Below are positions 12,549 through 25,614 of a DNA stretch of 64,000 nucleotides, in pieces. The notes beneath the pieces are model-generated. The model searched no databases and was not told the DNA's origin. It saw only the letters and a program-made list of their open reading frames with translations. The stretch lies in assembly GCA_035221665.1 (NCBI GenBank), contig CM069142.1, positions 434,001 through 498,000 of the forward strand, in the 5' to 3' direction. Source of the stretch: Okamejei kenojei. Taxonomy: Eukaryota. How positions within the stretch are numbered: the first letter of the stretch is position 1; every line of letters begins with the position of its first letter. The position numbers and the translations under genes were made by a program.

Positions 12549-15500
12549 AATTCTGGAAAACTCTTCCAATTTCCTTACTCGGAAGAGTGAATACCATTAA
12601 AATGATCTTCTTACCCCAGCTACAATATTTAACTCGGAACATTCCTATTTCTCTTACAAAAACATTTTTAAGAGATTAGGTTCGATAATAATACCTTTCT
12701 TGTGGATTTACAAAACTCATAGGATAAACAAAAATCCTCCCCACAAATCAAAAACTAAGGCCAGCTTGCTGTTCCAAATTTCAGATTATATTACTGTACC
12801 TCAGCCATCAAGTCCTTTGCTTTCTGGCTTGACACCTCAAACATCCCTCTGAATTGACTAAAAATAAAACAAGAAGATTGTCATCCATACTCAATAGGTA
12901 CCATCCTACCAGCTCCTACTTCAATTGATAAATCATATTATGGATTTAATCATGTTATACACAATTTGTTACATATATGGAAGCAAATCAGAACCCATTT
13001 TGAACTTAAACCTATATCTCTCGCAAACAACCCCACATTCAAGCCATCTATTTTAGATAGACTTTCTCTACATGGAGTGAATTAGGAATCCACAGTATCA
13101 GAGACCTATATATCGATGGTACGTTTGCCACCTTTACACAGCTACGAAAGAAATTTGAACTCCCAAATAGTAACTTCTTCAGATACTTACCAATCAGAAA
13201 TTATACACAAAAGCATCTGTCGGGATTTGAAGTTGAGAGGCAGTCTCAAATAGATGACTGCCTTGAAACATCACCATATAATGACAAATTCATCTCCTAT
13301 ATGTATGATGTCCCTCTATTAATAACTTCTCCATCCTCTAGCAAGTATAAGATCAATTGGGAAAAAGACATACATGTGCAAATACCAGATGAAATATGGG
13401 AGGAAAGCCTCAAACTTATACATAGGTGCTTAAACAATGCTAGACACTGCCTCATACAGTTCAAAATTATACATACTTCACTACTCCAAGGCAACAATAC
13501 ACAGTATATATCCAAATGTTACTCCTGCTTGTGATATATTTCACTCCTCAGATGCTACTTTTTTTCGCAACTTTGTTTCGTGCCCTAAACTCACCTCTTT
13601 CTGGTCTGATATATTTAAGAATATCTCAGGCATTCTTAACATCCCATTAAACCCAGAGCCCCTATTAATCATCTTTGGGGTATCTGAAACATCAAGACAA
13701 CTCACAACTGCTCAACGACAATTCCTCTCCTACCGTCTCATTACGGCAAAGAAACTACTGCTCATGTCATGGAAAAAAACAACAGCTCCCAATTCAGAAT
13801 GTGGCTTCATGACTTGACCAGTACATTACATTTAGAAAGAATAAAATATGTTCTAAAAGATAGTCAACCAATTTAATAAAATCTGGCAACCATTTATGTC
13901 ATTTTTTGCACAGAAAAATATTGACACATAACACAAACCTATCTACACTCTAAACATTTTAATGAAATTATGAGTAAGGTATAGTAAAGGATATGTTTCT
14001 ATGTTTCTATGTTTCTAAGACTATAGAAACAAACTTTAGAAGTTTTAGAAACAAGTCTTCACAAATAATTATTACACTGAACTGCTCCCTATGTACTGGT
14101 CACCTTCTGCACTTTACTTATGTATTTATCTATTTTTATTTTTATTATTTACTTTTTTTCTCACCCATCATTTATTTATTTATCTGTTTGTGTATTTATT
14201 TATTGATTTTTAATGCTGTTTTTATAAACATGCCCGTCCATATTGTTTGTATAACACTCAAATGTTCTGTTTTGATATGTACATTTGGAAAAAATGAGAT
14301 TGTATATGGCAACATAATCTGTGCCCATTTTTTTAAAAATTATTTTTATTAGAGGCAATTGTACAAGAATAAAGCATTCGGCATGTAAAATTATACAGTT
14401 ATTGTACAGCTTCAATTTGAACCTTTTAACCTGGAAATGAGGGAAGCAGAAGAGAGAAAGAACAAGAGAGGGAAAAAGTGAAAAGATAGGACCCCTAGAC
14501 TACCAAAGTAGTGTGGCCAAAGTGAAAAAAGATATAAGAGAAGAAAAAGAAAAAGAGAAAAAAAGAAAAAAAGTGGAGATATACCTGCCCCTCGTCGTCC
14601 CACCCCCCCCGGCCCACCTCACCCGACCCAGAATTGGATTTAAATCCAAATGTGTGTTGCGCTATACTATCCTTGTAAGAATTCGGTAAAGGGTGTCTTG
14701 AAAAATAGATCTGGTTTTTCTGCCAAGATAGCCTAATATTTTCCAAATATAGTGTCTCGGACATGTTTGTAATCCACATCTTTACAGTAGGGACTGATGT
14801 ATGTTTCCAAAATTTAAGTATTAGTTTTTTCGCCGTCATTAGGCCATAGTTAAGGAAACGTCTTTGAAATGATGTTAGCTCAGAACAGGCTAGAGTAATC
14901 AATTCTGTATCGAGGTCCAATTTTATTTTAAGTATTTTAGAAAAAAATTCAAAAATTCCCCTCCAGAAATTATGTAACTTTATACAGGAGGCAAAAGAGT
15001 GGGTTATGGTTGCTTCCTGAAGACATTTATCACAAATAGGGAAAACGTTTGGGAAGATCTTATCCAGTTTAGACTTTCAATAATAAAGTATGCAGTATTT
15101 TAAATTGTATTAATGAATGCCTAACGTTAAGAGAACAGTTGTGTATATATGGAAGGAATTCCTCCCATCTATCTTTTAAAATTGTTAGGCCCAATTCATC
15201 TTCCCAAGCTCGCCTAATTATTTCCGATGATGGGATTTGTATATTTAAAAGGATATTATAAAGGTACTATATTAACTTATTTGAATCCGAGTTTCTATTC
15301 ATGCATCCGTCTAGTATGTCTGGAACCATATATTGACAGTCTTGAGTATGTGATTTCAGATAGTCTCGTATTTGAAGATATCTAAAGTATTGGCTACTTT
15401 TCAGATGATATTTTGACTGTAAATCTTGAAATGAGAGGAGTCCCCATCTCATAAAGATCTCCCAGTTTTTTAATTCCTAATCTTTCCCATTGTATGAACG

Positions 15501-16621
15501 CCTTGTCTAAAGTAGACGGCTTAAACGAGAGATTGTTGGCGATTGGTGAAAGAGGAGAGATAAATTTATCAATTTAAGGGTTGACTTCACTTGTTTCCAG
15601 ATTCGTAAGGTGCTATGATTATCGGAATTTTCTCATATACTGATTTCTTCAGATTTATTGGAGAGAGAAAGATTGTGCCTATATTAAAAGGCAAACAATC
15701 TTCTCTCTCTATTATTAGCCAGTTCACCTGTTGGCATGTGTTATCCATCCAATAGCTTAAATTTTTAATATTTGTTGCCCAGTAATAGTAAAAATAATTA
15801 GGGAGTGGCAGTCCACCAATTTTGTTGGGTGTACATAAATGTCGTTTATGGATTCTGTGAGTTTTATAATCTCAAATAAAGTTTGTGATCACAGAATCAA
15901 GTTGGTTTTTTTTAAATTTAGGGAGAAAAAATCGGTATTGATTGAAATAGGTACAGGATTTGTGGAAGGAAGATCATCGTTATGGCATTTATTCTACCTA
16001 CGAGGGAAATTGGAAGCGTTTTCCAAAATTGAATAAGGGCATTTAGTTTGGTAATTAATGGTGGAAATTTGCTTGAAATAAAGAATTGTATTTTCTAGTT
16101 ACGTAAACTCCAAGATATTTAAATTTTTCCGTAGCAATTCTAAAAGGAAATTTTAGAAGGTGTGTCGGATCTTGAGGGTTTATTGACATAATTTCACTTT
16201 TGTTCCAGTTTATTCTATATCCTGAGAAGGAACAGAATTCCTCTATAAGATTTAGTATGTTTGGAACACTAACTTGGGAATTGGTAATATATAGTAGTAC
16301 GTCACCTGCATACAACAATATTTTATTATTAGAATATTTAGTATTATAGCCATGAATATTTGGATGTACTCTTATGCTTTCAGCTAAAGGTTCAATCGCA
16401 AGCGCAAATAACAGAGGTGATAATGCACACCGCTGTCTATTGCCCCTGGATAACTGAAATTTAGGTGAGAGTGTTTGATTAGTCAGTATTCTGGCAATCG
16501 ACTTGTCATATAACAACTTTATCCATGAAATAAAGTTTTCTCCTAATTGAAATTTTTGCAATACTGTAAAAATATATTTCCATCCTACTTGGTCAAATGC
16601 TTTTTATGCATCTAATGAAAT

Positions 16622-18840
16622 AACCATATAACATATAACAATCACAGCACGGAAACAGGCCCTCTCGGCCCTTTCAGTCCGTGCCGACCATTTGTTTTCC
16701 CCTAGTCCCATCTACCTGCACTCAGACCATACCCCTCCATTCCCTTCATGTCCATATACCTATCCACTTTACTCTTAAATGTTAAAATCGATCCTGCCTC
16801 CACCACTTCTGCTGGAAGCTCATTCCACACAGCCACCACCCTCTGAGTAAAGAGGTTCCCCCTCACATTACCCCGAAACTTCTGTCCCTTAATTTTCATA
16901 TCATGCCCTCTTGTTTGAATCTTCCCCACCCTCAATGGGAAAAACGTATCCACGTTAACTCTGTCTATCCCTTTCATCATTTTAAAGACCTCAATCAAGT
17001 CCCCCCTTAACCTTCTGCGCTCCAAAGAATAAAGACCTAACTTGTTCAACCTTTCTCTGTAACATAGTTGCTGGAACCCTGGCAACATTCTAGTAAATCT
17101 CCTCTGTACTCTCTCTATTTTGTTGACATCCTTCCTATAACTAGGCGACCAAAATTGTACACCATACTCCAGAATTGGTCTTACCAATGCCTTGTACAAT
17201 TTTAACATTACTTCCCTACTCCTATATTCAATGCTCTGATTTATAAAGGCCAGCACACCAAAGGCTTTCTTTACCACCCTATCTACATGCGATTCCACCT
17301 TCAGAGAACTATGCACAGTTATTCCTAGATCCCTCTGTCCCACAGCATTCCTCAATTCCCTACCATTTACCATGTACGTCCTATTTTGATTTGTCCTGCC
17401 AAGATGTAGCACTTCACACTTAACAGCATTAAACTCCATCTGCCATCTTTCAGCCCACTTTTCCAAATGGCCCAAATCTCTCTGTAGACTTTGGAAATCT
17501 ACTTCATTATCCACAACACCACCTATCTTAGTATCATCTGCATACTTACTTATCCAATTTTCCACCCCATCATCCAGATCATTGATGTACATGACAAACA
17601 ACAGTGGACCCAACACAGATCCCTGAGGCACCCCACTGGTCACCGGCTTCCAACCTGACAAACAGCCATCCACCATTACTCTCTGACATCTCCATTCAGC
17701 CACTGTTGAATCCATCTTGCTACTCCGCCATTAACACCCAAAGATTGAACCTTCTTAACCAACCTTCCATGGGGAATCTTGTCAAAGGCCTTACTGAAAT
17801 CCATATAGACAACATCCACTGCTTTACCCTCATCAATTTCCCTAGTTACCGCTTCAAAAAATTCAAGAAGGTTTGTCAAACATGACCTTCCAGGCACAAA
17901 TCCATGTTGACTGTTCCTGATCAGACCCTGTTTATCCAGATGCTTATATATATTATCTCTAAGTATCCTTTCCATTAATTTGCCCACTACTGACGTCAAA
18001 CTAATAGGTCTGTAATTGCTAGGTTTATTCTTTGAACCCTTTTTAAACAATGGAACAACATGCGCAGTACGCCAATCCTCCGGCACTATTCCCGTTTCTA
18101 ATGACATTTGAAATATTTCTGTCATAGCTCCTGCTATTTCTACACTAACTTCCCTCAATGTCCTAGGGAATATCCTGTCTGGACCTGGAGACTTATCCAC
18201 TTTTATATTTTTCAAAAGTGTCAGTACTTCCTCCTCTTTGAATCTCATAGCTACTCTACTTTTTCCCCTTAACTCACAGAGTTCAATATCCTTCTCCTTG
18301 GTGAATACCGAAGAAAAGAAATTGTTCAATATCTCCCCCATCTCTTTTGGCTCTGCAGATAGCTGTCCATTCTGGTTCTCTAATGGTCCAATTTTATCCC
18401 TCGTTATCCTTTTGCTGTTAATATAGCTGTAGAAACCCTTTGGGTTTACTTTCACCTTTCTTGCCAAAGCAACCTCATATCTTCTTTTAGCCTTCCTAAT
18501 TTCTTTCTTAAGATTCTTTTTACATTCTTTATACTCCTCTAGCACCTCATTTACTCCATGCCTCCTATAATTATTGTAGATATCTCTCTTTTTTCGAAAC
18601 AAGTGTCCAATTTCCTTTGAAAACCATGGCTCTTTCCAATTTTTACTATCTCTTTTCAACCTAACAGGGACATAAAGATTCTGTACTCTTACAATTTCCC
18701 CTTTAAATGTACTCCATTTCTCTTCTACATCCTTCCGATGAAACAAAGTGTCCCAATTCACTCCTTTAAAATCCTTACGCATTCCCTCAAAGTTAGCCTT
18801 TCTCCAATCAAAAATCTCCATCCTAGGTCCAGTTCGACTC
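16622..18840 (-). mobile_element. CR1 (family B), 5'-truncated, RT nearly intact
   Basis: ORFs 17676-18821 and 16702-17715 with SPGPD, QHGF, DFSKAFD, GVPQGSVLGP and YADD. Confidence 0.95.
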
Positions 18841-19643
18841 TCTCCATAATTGATAAATCTTATTTTATCGTTCTATGTGAGTGCATTATATTAAACAGGC
18901 GTCTCAAGTTGTTGAACGTGTGTCTCTTGGGTATAAACCCAGTTTGATCAAAATGTATTAATTTACCAACATATTTGCTTAGTCTTCTTGCCAGGGTTTT
19001 AGCTAACATTTTCTGATCTGTATTTAGCAGAGCTATTGCTCTATATGATCCCGGCTCTTTGAGATCTTTATCTTTTTTTGGTATTAGTGTAATAGTTGAT
19101 TTGGCTAAAATTTGTGATAGTGTATGTTCTTTAAATTCGTGTATATAAAGGGCTTGTAAACACGGGGAGATTAAATCATAACTTTTTTTAATAAAATACA
19201 TTTTTAAACCCGTCTGGGCCTGGCGTTTTACCATTATTCAGTGATTTAATGGTCTCGTCAATTTCTTTGATTGTGATCTGCGCTCCTACTTCTTCACGTT
19301 CCGCCGTGTTAAGTGACGGAAGATTGCAATTTTCGAGGAAGTTTTTAATGTTATCGTTTCTACTGAAGTTTTAAATGTGTATAAATTTTGATAGAATTGT
19401 AAAAGTCTTTCGTTGATATCTTTAGGCAGTGTAAACAACTCTCCTTTTTTTATCTAATTTTTTGAATAGTATGATCTTTTTCCATTTTTCTCAACTGGCG
19501 TGCTAGAATTTTATCGGTTTGTTGCCGAATTCAACGTTTTTCTGTTTAGTAATTTGAAATAGCCTGATAACTCTCGCAGAGAGAATTTGATTTAACTTGA
19601 ATTTTAATACTGCTATCTTATTGTGTTTATCCATAGATGGATC

Positions 19644-20143
19644 AACAAAATAGAGAGAGTACAGAGGAGATTTACTAGAATGTTGCCAGGGTTCCAGCAA
19701 CTATGTTACAGAGAAAGGTTGAACAAGTTAGGTCTTTATTCTTTGGAGCGCAGAAGGTTAAGGGGGGACTTGATTGAGGTCTTTAAAATGATGAAAGGGA
19801 TAGACAGAGTTGACGTGGATACGTTTTTCCCATTGAGGGTAGGGAAGTTTCAAACAAGAGGGCATGACATGAGAATTAAGGGACAGAGGTTTCGGGGTAA
19901 CGTGAGGGGGAACTTCTTTACTCAGAGGGTGGTGGCTGTGTGGAATGAGCTTCCAGCAGAAGTGGTGGAGGCAGGATCGATTTTAACATTTAAGAGTAAA
20001 GTGGATAGGTATATGGACATGAAGGGAATGGAGGGGTATGGTCTGAGTGCAGGTAGATGGGACTAGGGGAAAACAAATGGTCGGCACGGACTGGAAGGGC
20101 CGAGAGGGCCTGTTTCCGTGCTGTAATTGTTATATGGTTATTA
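19644..20143 (+). mobile_element. CR1 (family B) 3' fragment
   Basis: Nearly identical to the reverse complement of 16622-17125; TSD ATGGATC. Confidence 0.92.
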
Positions 20144-21154
20144 TATGGATCTATAGCATTTTCTGAATCCAGTTTTCTGGTCTGTTCTTCTAATTCCAGT
20201 TGTTCCATCCTATTGTTTTTATTTTGATATGCTTGATATGAGATAATAGAACCTCTAATAAAGGCCTTAAAAGATTCCCATAATAACGAAGCCAAAATAC
20301 CTGGTGTGTCATTTGGCTCATAAAACAATTCCAGCTGTTTCTTCAGTTATTCACAGCAAGCTGGGTCAGTGAATATTTGAGGATTACATCTCCAGAACGT
20401 TTTTTTATTGTAAATTTCTTCTAGTTTTAGGGAGAAAGTTTTATGGAGAAAGTAGAGGAGAATGATCAGAAATAATATTATTATGATATTTGGGATTTGT
20501 TGTAAAAGATATTCGTTTTGTGTCCACCAGAAAGTAATCAATACGTGTATACGTTTTGTGCACGGCTGAATAGAAGGAATATTCTCTTCCGGATGGATTC
20601 GCAATCCTCCATAAGTAGGTTATATTTGTATTTTTTAGGAGTTCACTAGATTTTGATTTTGTATTATATCTCCTTTGTTGTGAGGAATTATCCAGATATT
20701 GATCCAGAACACAATTGAAGTATCTTCCAATTATCAGATTTTGCTGGGTGGAATCTGAGATTATATTAATTATTTTATTAAAAAATTGTGGGTTGTCAAA
20801 ATTGGGAGCGTAGATATTCACCATACTAAGTGGGGTAGAATATATCTCCCCAGATACTATGATGTGCCTACCCTCCTTATCTGCTATAGTGGCTTTATGT
20901 TTAAATGGTATACCTTTACGAATTATAATAGTAAGATTAAATGAGAACTTACCAGTTCGAAGTTTGATCTGTATTTTATGAGGAGTTATGATGAGGGATT
21001 ACGTGAAGACCCCGTCCAGCACGCATGCGCGACATTTCTTCAAAGCAGCGGTGTGGATTCACAGAAAACACAACAATTGAAATAAATATAGTAAAGAAAA
21101 AATAAGAACTTAATTACCAGTTGATCTGTATAATAGAGGGTGGGAGCGGAGGGC

Positions 21155-21265
21155 ACGTAATCCCTCATCGTAACTCCTCATAAAATACAGATCAAACTTC
21201 GAACTGGTAAGTTCTCATTTAATCTTACTATTTTACTTCGGAGTCACGTGAGTGACTACGTGAAG
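21155..21265. other. DIRS internal complementary region (ICR)
   Basis: Reverse complement of the element's two termini joined through ATT (...AATCTTACT-ATT-TTACTTCGGAGTCACGTGAG...), i.e. a copy of the circle junction. Confidence 0.93.
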
Positions 21266-21430
21266 ACTTCAAAGCTCTGTGAATCCGAAACCGTGTACCA
21301 GCTCATGCTTCACTCACTGCCTGAAGACCTTAGAGGGAGGAAGCATGTTATACAATCAACAATAACCTGTTTGTGAACAAAAAAGGTTTATTAATAACAA
21401 CAAAAAACAGAGAGCTCCCCCGGGCTTAAA

Positions 21431-22417
21431 TTAAATATTATCTGCAGACTCTAAAATTCTGTCTGCAAATGTAGCAGGCTCCGCCAGCGGCTTATTATAA
21501 AACCTTTGGAAAGTTCTTTCCGAGGACCATCCTGCTCTGGCCAGAATATGGTCCATAGGCACATCCATTCGCCTAGCCGCCGACGTAGATGCAGCCCTGG
21601 TGGAATGAGACCTGTACACATTAGTATCGACTCCCGCGGACCTAAGCACCTGCTTGAGCCACCTTGAAATGGTTTGGCTCGTCACCTGACCATGAGGCTT
21701 CTTGTGGCTTATCCATAAGGCTTTTTCTCTCCCTCTTAAGTTATATGTTGTGTCTATGTAGTTGGCGAGATGGGTCTTGGCACACAACCGTGGGTCAGGT
21801 GAATATGCCCGGAACTCCATAACTGGAGGCGTGGTACCTGGTCTAGTTTGTTTGACCAGCCCCTGAATGTGAAATGTGATACAGTCCAATGACTCTGTCA
21901 TGCTGTCCAGCCTCAGAAGGTGGAGGGACTGTACCCTTTGAGCTGACACTAGAGCCATGAGCATGACTGATTTCAGTGTAAGTTGTTCCAGAGTAAGTGA
22001 CCTGGGTGGTGGCCATCCCCTAAGGTACGTCAGTACTATGCTGACATCCCAGATCTGAGTGTACCTAGGCCTAGGGGGATTGGTGTTAAAAATGCCCCTC
22101 ATGATTTTGACCACTAGTGGATGGGACCCCAAAGTCAGTTGTCCTGCTGCTGGAACCAAATAAGCTGACAACGCACTCCTGGCTGTATTAATGGCGCTGT
22201 AGCTGAGTCCTTCCCGATGTAATCCAAGCAGAAACTCCACAACACTGGTGGCTGTAGCTGTAGTGTAGGTAGTTCCTGTTTTGGAGCAATACCGTTCCCA
22301 TTTTCTTATATTGGTCAGGTATTGTCTCCTGGTGGACTCCCGGTGAGATGCGGTCATCATGTTGATGGCGTCCTCAGACAGTCCCAGGCCCAGTAGAGGT
22401 CTTTTTAGAATCTGCAA
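21431..22417 (-). CDS. DIRS tyrosine recombinase
   Basis: Intact 328-aa ORF with SAQRVQSL, HSTR, AGWS...FQRFY (catalytic R, H-x-x-R, W, Y). The true start is uncertain. Confidence 0.93.
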   Translation of the reverse strand: MQILKRPLLGLGLSEDAINMMTASHRESTRRQYLTNIRKWERYCSKTGTTYTTATATSVVEFLLGLHREGLSYSAINTARSALSAYLVPAAGQLTLGSHPLVVKIMRGIFNTNPPRPRYTQIWDVSIVLTYLRGWPPPRSLTLEQLTLKSVMLMALVSAQRVQSLHLLRLDSMTESLDCITFHIQGLVKQTRPGTTPPVMEFRAYSPDPRLCAKTHLANYIDTTYNLRGREKALWISHKKPHGQVTSQTISRWLKQVLRSAGVDTNVYRSHSTRAASTSAARRMDVPMDHILARAGWSSERTFQRFYNKPLAEPATFADRILESADNI

Positions 22418-24339
22418 GCCAGGAGATTGACTCTGTCATGGCACGGGTGACTAATGCCTGACACTGGGTGGATTAATAACTGTCGACTGCTGGGGAATTC
22501 CAACGGTGTTTCAACAGCCATGTCGAAAGCCACTGGGAACCATGGCTGTGTAGGCCAGTCAGGTATTATCAAGATTCCTGAAGCGGAATCCAATTGAATC
22601 TTGCGTAATACCCGACTGATGAGGCAGAAGGGAGGAAAAGCATAAAAGAACATTTTCCCCCAATGCAGCGAGAATGCATCAACTGCTGCTGCCTCAGGGT
22701 CTGGTTCCCAAGCGACATACGTTGGTACCTGGTGATTCAGCCTGGATGCAAATAGATCGATATCTGGTGTGCCATATTGCTTTGTAATTTCAGCAAACAC
22801 TTTGGGATTTAACATCCATTCGATGTTATCATTAAATCTACGTGACCTGGTGTCTGCCACTGTATTTTGCTTACCTGGAAGGTAAGTTGCTGATAACCAA
22901 ATATGCCTTTCAACACACCATTGCCAGATTAGGTTGGCCAAATTGTCACACGATATCGACTTTACACCACCCATGTGATTGATATAAGCCACCACCGTGG
23001 TATTATCTAGTTGCAACCGGACATGTGCATGATGCGTATTACATGAATATGCTTTTAACCCATAAAACGCACCCAACATTTCTAAATAGTTGATACCCCG
23101 TGTCTGTAGGCAAGATGATTCAAATTTACTCCATCTGCCCCCTGTGCTGGATTGCATGTTAGTTGCTCCCCAGCCCAAAGCACTGGCATCCGTTTGAATG
23201 GTTAATACTGGGTTGGTGATCATTATGGGACTGGAGCTGAGTCTTACATTCCTCGCCCACCATTGTAACTCTGGAATGGATTCAGCAGTTAAACTCATAG
23301 CTCGGTCAAAGTGACCTGAGTTTTGCTTTAGTGCATGCACTTTAGCTCTTTGCAAATTTTGATAGTGCAAAGGCCCAAATTGTACAGCTGGGAAAGCTGC
23401 TACCATTTTGCCAATAACTCTAGCTACTTCCCGTATGGTTCGCTGATGTTTATTCATGAGTTTGTTGCATGATAGCGCCAATTCTGATGCTTTCCCCTTC
23501 GGCAGAGTTACAATCATGCGAACAGTATCTATCGGAAATCCAAGATAGTCCATGGCAGTGGACGGTGTAAGATTGGATTTTTCTGGATGTATGACAAACC
23601 CCAAAGTTTCAAACAAACGTTTGGTGGCTGCGACTGCCAAAATGGCTGTCTCCAAGGTTTTCCCTACTATTAAAATGTCGTCTAAATACGCCATGACTAT
23701 ATGCTTTTGTTTCCTCAATAATGCCAAGGCAGGTTTTAAGATTTTAGTGAACAACCTTGGAGCAGAGGTTAGCCCATTTGGTAAGGCTTTATATTGCCAT
23801 AGCTGTTTCATCCAGATAAATTTTAAATATTTTCGATGGTCCTTGTGTATGGGTACTGAGTAGTAGGCATCTTTTAAATCAATGCTTGCTAGAAAGTACC
23901 CTCTAGAAACCAATAGTCTGGCTGTTTCAAAAGTATCCATCTTGAAATGTATATACCTGACAGACTTGTTCAAAGTAGTTAAGTCAATGATGATGCGTCG
24001 TCCACCATCTTTTTTGATTTTAGTGAAAATATTAGACACAAATTCCAAAGGTTCATGTTTTGTTCTTTCAATGACACCTTTAGCTTGTAACCTCATCAGT
24101 TCAGCTTGACCCTCTTGTTTTTCCTTGACTGAGAGGGTGAATACCCTTTTGGGTATATGCTGAACTGGTGGAAAATCTTTATGGACAAAGTCAATTTTGT
24201 AGCCATGAACGCTGCTGAGTATATACTTGTCATTAGTGATGGATTCCCATGCATCCAAAAACAAGTGCAATCTCCCCCCTGTTAGCACAGAGCCCCTACT
24301 GCACATATGCTGAGAGGAACCAGACCCACCTACCTCCAT
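22405..24339 (-). CDS. DIRS RT + RNase H + Dam-like adenine methyltransferase domain
   Basis: Intact ORF. RT: IDLKDAY, LPNG, YLDD. RNase H: QTDAS, INYLE, DNTT, ADTRSR. Methyltransferase: DIDLFAS...YAFPPF. The ATG at 24339 lies 2 nt after the gag stop. Confidence 0.93.
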   Translation of the reverse strand: MEVGGSGSSQHMCSRGSVLTGGRLHLFLDAWESITNDKYILSSVHGYKIDFVHKDFPPVQHIPKRVFTLSVKEKQEGQAELMRLQAKGVIERTKHEPLEFVSNIFTKIKKDGGRRIIIDLTTLNKSVRYIHFKMDTFETARLLVSRGYFLASIDLKDAYYSVPIHKDHRKYLKFIWMKQLWQYKALPNGLTSAPRLFTKILKPALALLRKQKHIVMAYLDDILIVGKTLETAILAVAATKRLFETLGFVIHPEKSNLTPSTAMDYLGFPIDTVRMIVTLPKGKASELALSCNKLMNKHQRTIREVARVIGKMVAAFPAVQFGPLHYQNLQRAKVHALKQNSGHFDRAMSLTAESIPELQWWARNVRLSSSPIMITNPVLTIQTDASALGWGATNMQSSTGGRWSKFESSCLQTRGINYLEMLGAFYGLKAYSCNTHHAHVRLQLDNTTVVAYINHMGGVKSISCDNLANLIWQWCVERHIWLSATYLPGKQNTVADTRSRRFNDNIEWMLNPKVFAEITKQYGTPDIDLFASRLNHQVPTYVAWEPDPEAAAVDAFSLHWGKMFFYAFPPFCLISRVLRKIQLDSASGILIIPDWPTQPWFPVAFDMAVETPLEFPSSRQLLIHPVSGISHPCHDRVNLLACRF

Positions 24340-24341
24340 GG

Positions 24342-25614
24342 TTATTGGTGCTTCTTCTGCCTCTTCGCTGGGTGATGAGGCGTCTGCTGGGCTGTAGAGG
24401 GTTGATGTTGATCTCGATGTTGTTGGGGGTGGCGCATTTTCCATGGGGTCCGCTCTGGGCCCTGGCCTAAAAAAGGCTTACGGGGAATGGTTGCGGACCC
24501 CGAGCTTTCACCAGTCCCATAGTGTGGTCGACGACTGGTGGACGCCATGGGGTACTGCCGCCTGGGTTTGTTGGGTCTGCTCGGTCCCAAACCTGCCCTC
24601 ACGAGACCAAAGGTCTTGGATTCTTCTTCCAGGTCTTTCACCTTTTTTGGAAGGTCTTTCCCAAAGAGCAGAATAGGAGGTTCTGACCCCGGTGTTTTGC
24701 AGAGTCCCGCAAATTTAGGGTTGAGGGCAGGCTTGATAATCTCCTTTCGCAAATTATTTATCTCATATTGAGTGGTGCACAGCAGAGCTAATGTGTCTTG
24801 CTGATTTGTGGAGATGTCCGCACCATCAATGGACCGAGCATAAGATGTTATTCCTGCAGTCAGGAATTTAAGGATCTTCTGGAGCTTCAACTCCAGGTTT
24901 CTGATGTTCTGCCCCAAATGTCCCCAAATTTGGCTATTGACAGCAGGTACATTCAAAGATGTACAATTTCCTGGGGCTGTATATAGTTGAAGAGCCTCAT
25001 TGACCACTTGTTCTTGTAGGGGTTTAGAGGACAGGCGGTTTAATGCTGGCTGCAAGTTTCGGCTCTAATGGCCGACCCGCTTGTGGAATGGCCACGTAAC
25101 GGTTGACCACACCCAGCAGCTCTTCCTGTTCCTGTACACCCTGCGTACTCCCGAAATCTTCAGCCAGTGACCCCTCTTCTTGACCAGCCCAGACCTGGTC
25201 GCCAATGCTGCCTTCAAAAGAAGGTGAAGCAATGGCCAGTGCCGTAAAAGGCACTGCGGGAGTGCCTGAACTCCCTTGGCGAGGCTGCTGCTGCTCTCTC
25301 AGCAGATCTCGCTGGAGCAATTGCTCCATAAGCCGTTCCATGCGGCTTAGGCGGCTGCCTGTGCTCTCGAGCGGTAAGGCATCTTCATCCGAAACGTCGG
25401 ACACTACCGCCCGGTTCCGGCTGCAGGTACCTCCAGCCCGCTGCTCAGGCAGCACTAGCGGTGCTGGGTTCGGCTCGGTAGTTATACCCGCCGCCTCTTG
25501 CCCCCCCTCCAAAGAGCATTCCTCAACGAAGGACGAACGGGGGCGAGCTGCAGACTTCTTTCCTTGGGCCTTGCTCATTCTTCCTGGAACACAAGACCAC
25601 AGAGGGAAAGACAC
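24342..25614 (-). CDS. DIRS gag-like ORF1, one +1 frameshift near 25040
   Basis: ORFs 25024-25614 and 24342-25055 join as LAASINRLSSKPLQEQ if one A is removed. Motifs VPAVNSQIW and LLFGKDL. Confidence 0.8.

Larger units (their letters stand above)
6713..14250 (+). mobile_element. L1 (Tx1/Swimmer-like) ORF2, degenerate, host to three nested insertions
   Basis: Peptides YFEFGDRQHKLLARQL, GKVPGPDGLP, DQTGF, EKAFDQIEW, GTKKGCPLSA, FSGYTIN, KFTYLGI and the C-terminal cysteine region. The 3' boundary is approximate. Confidence 0.85.
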
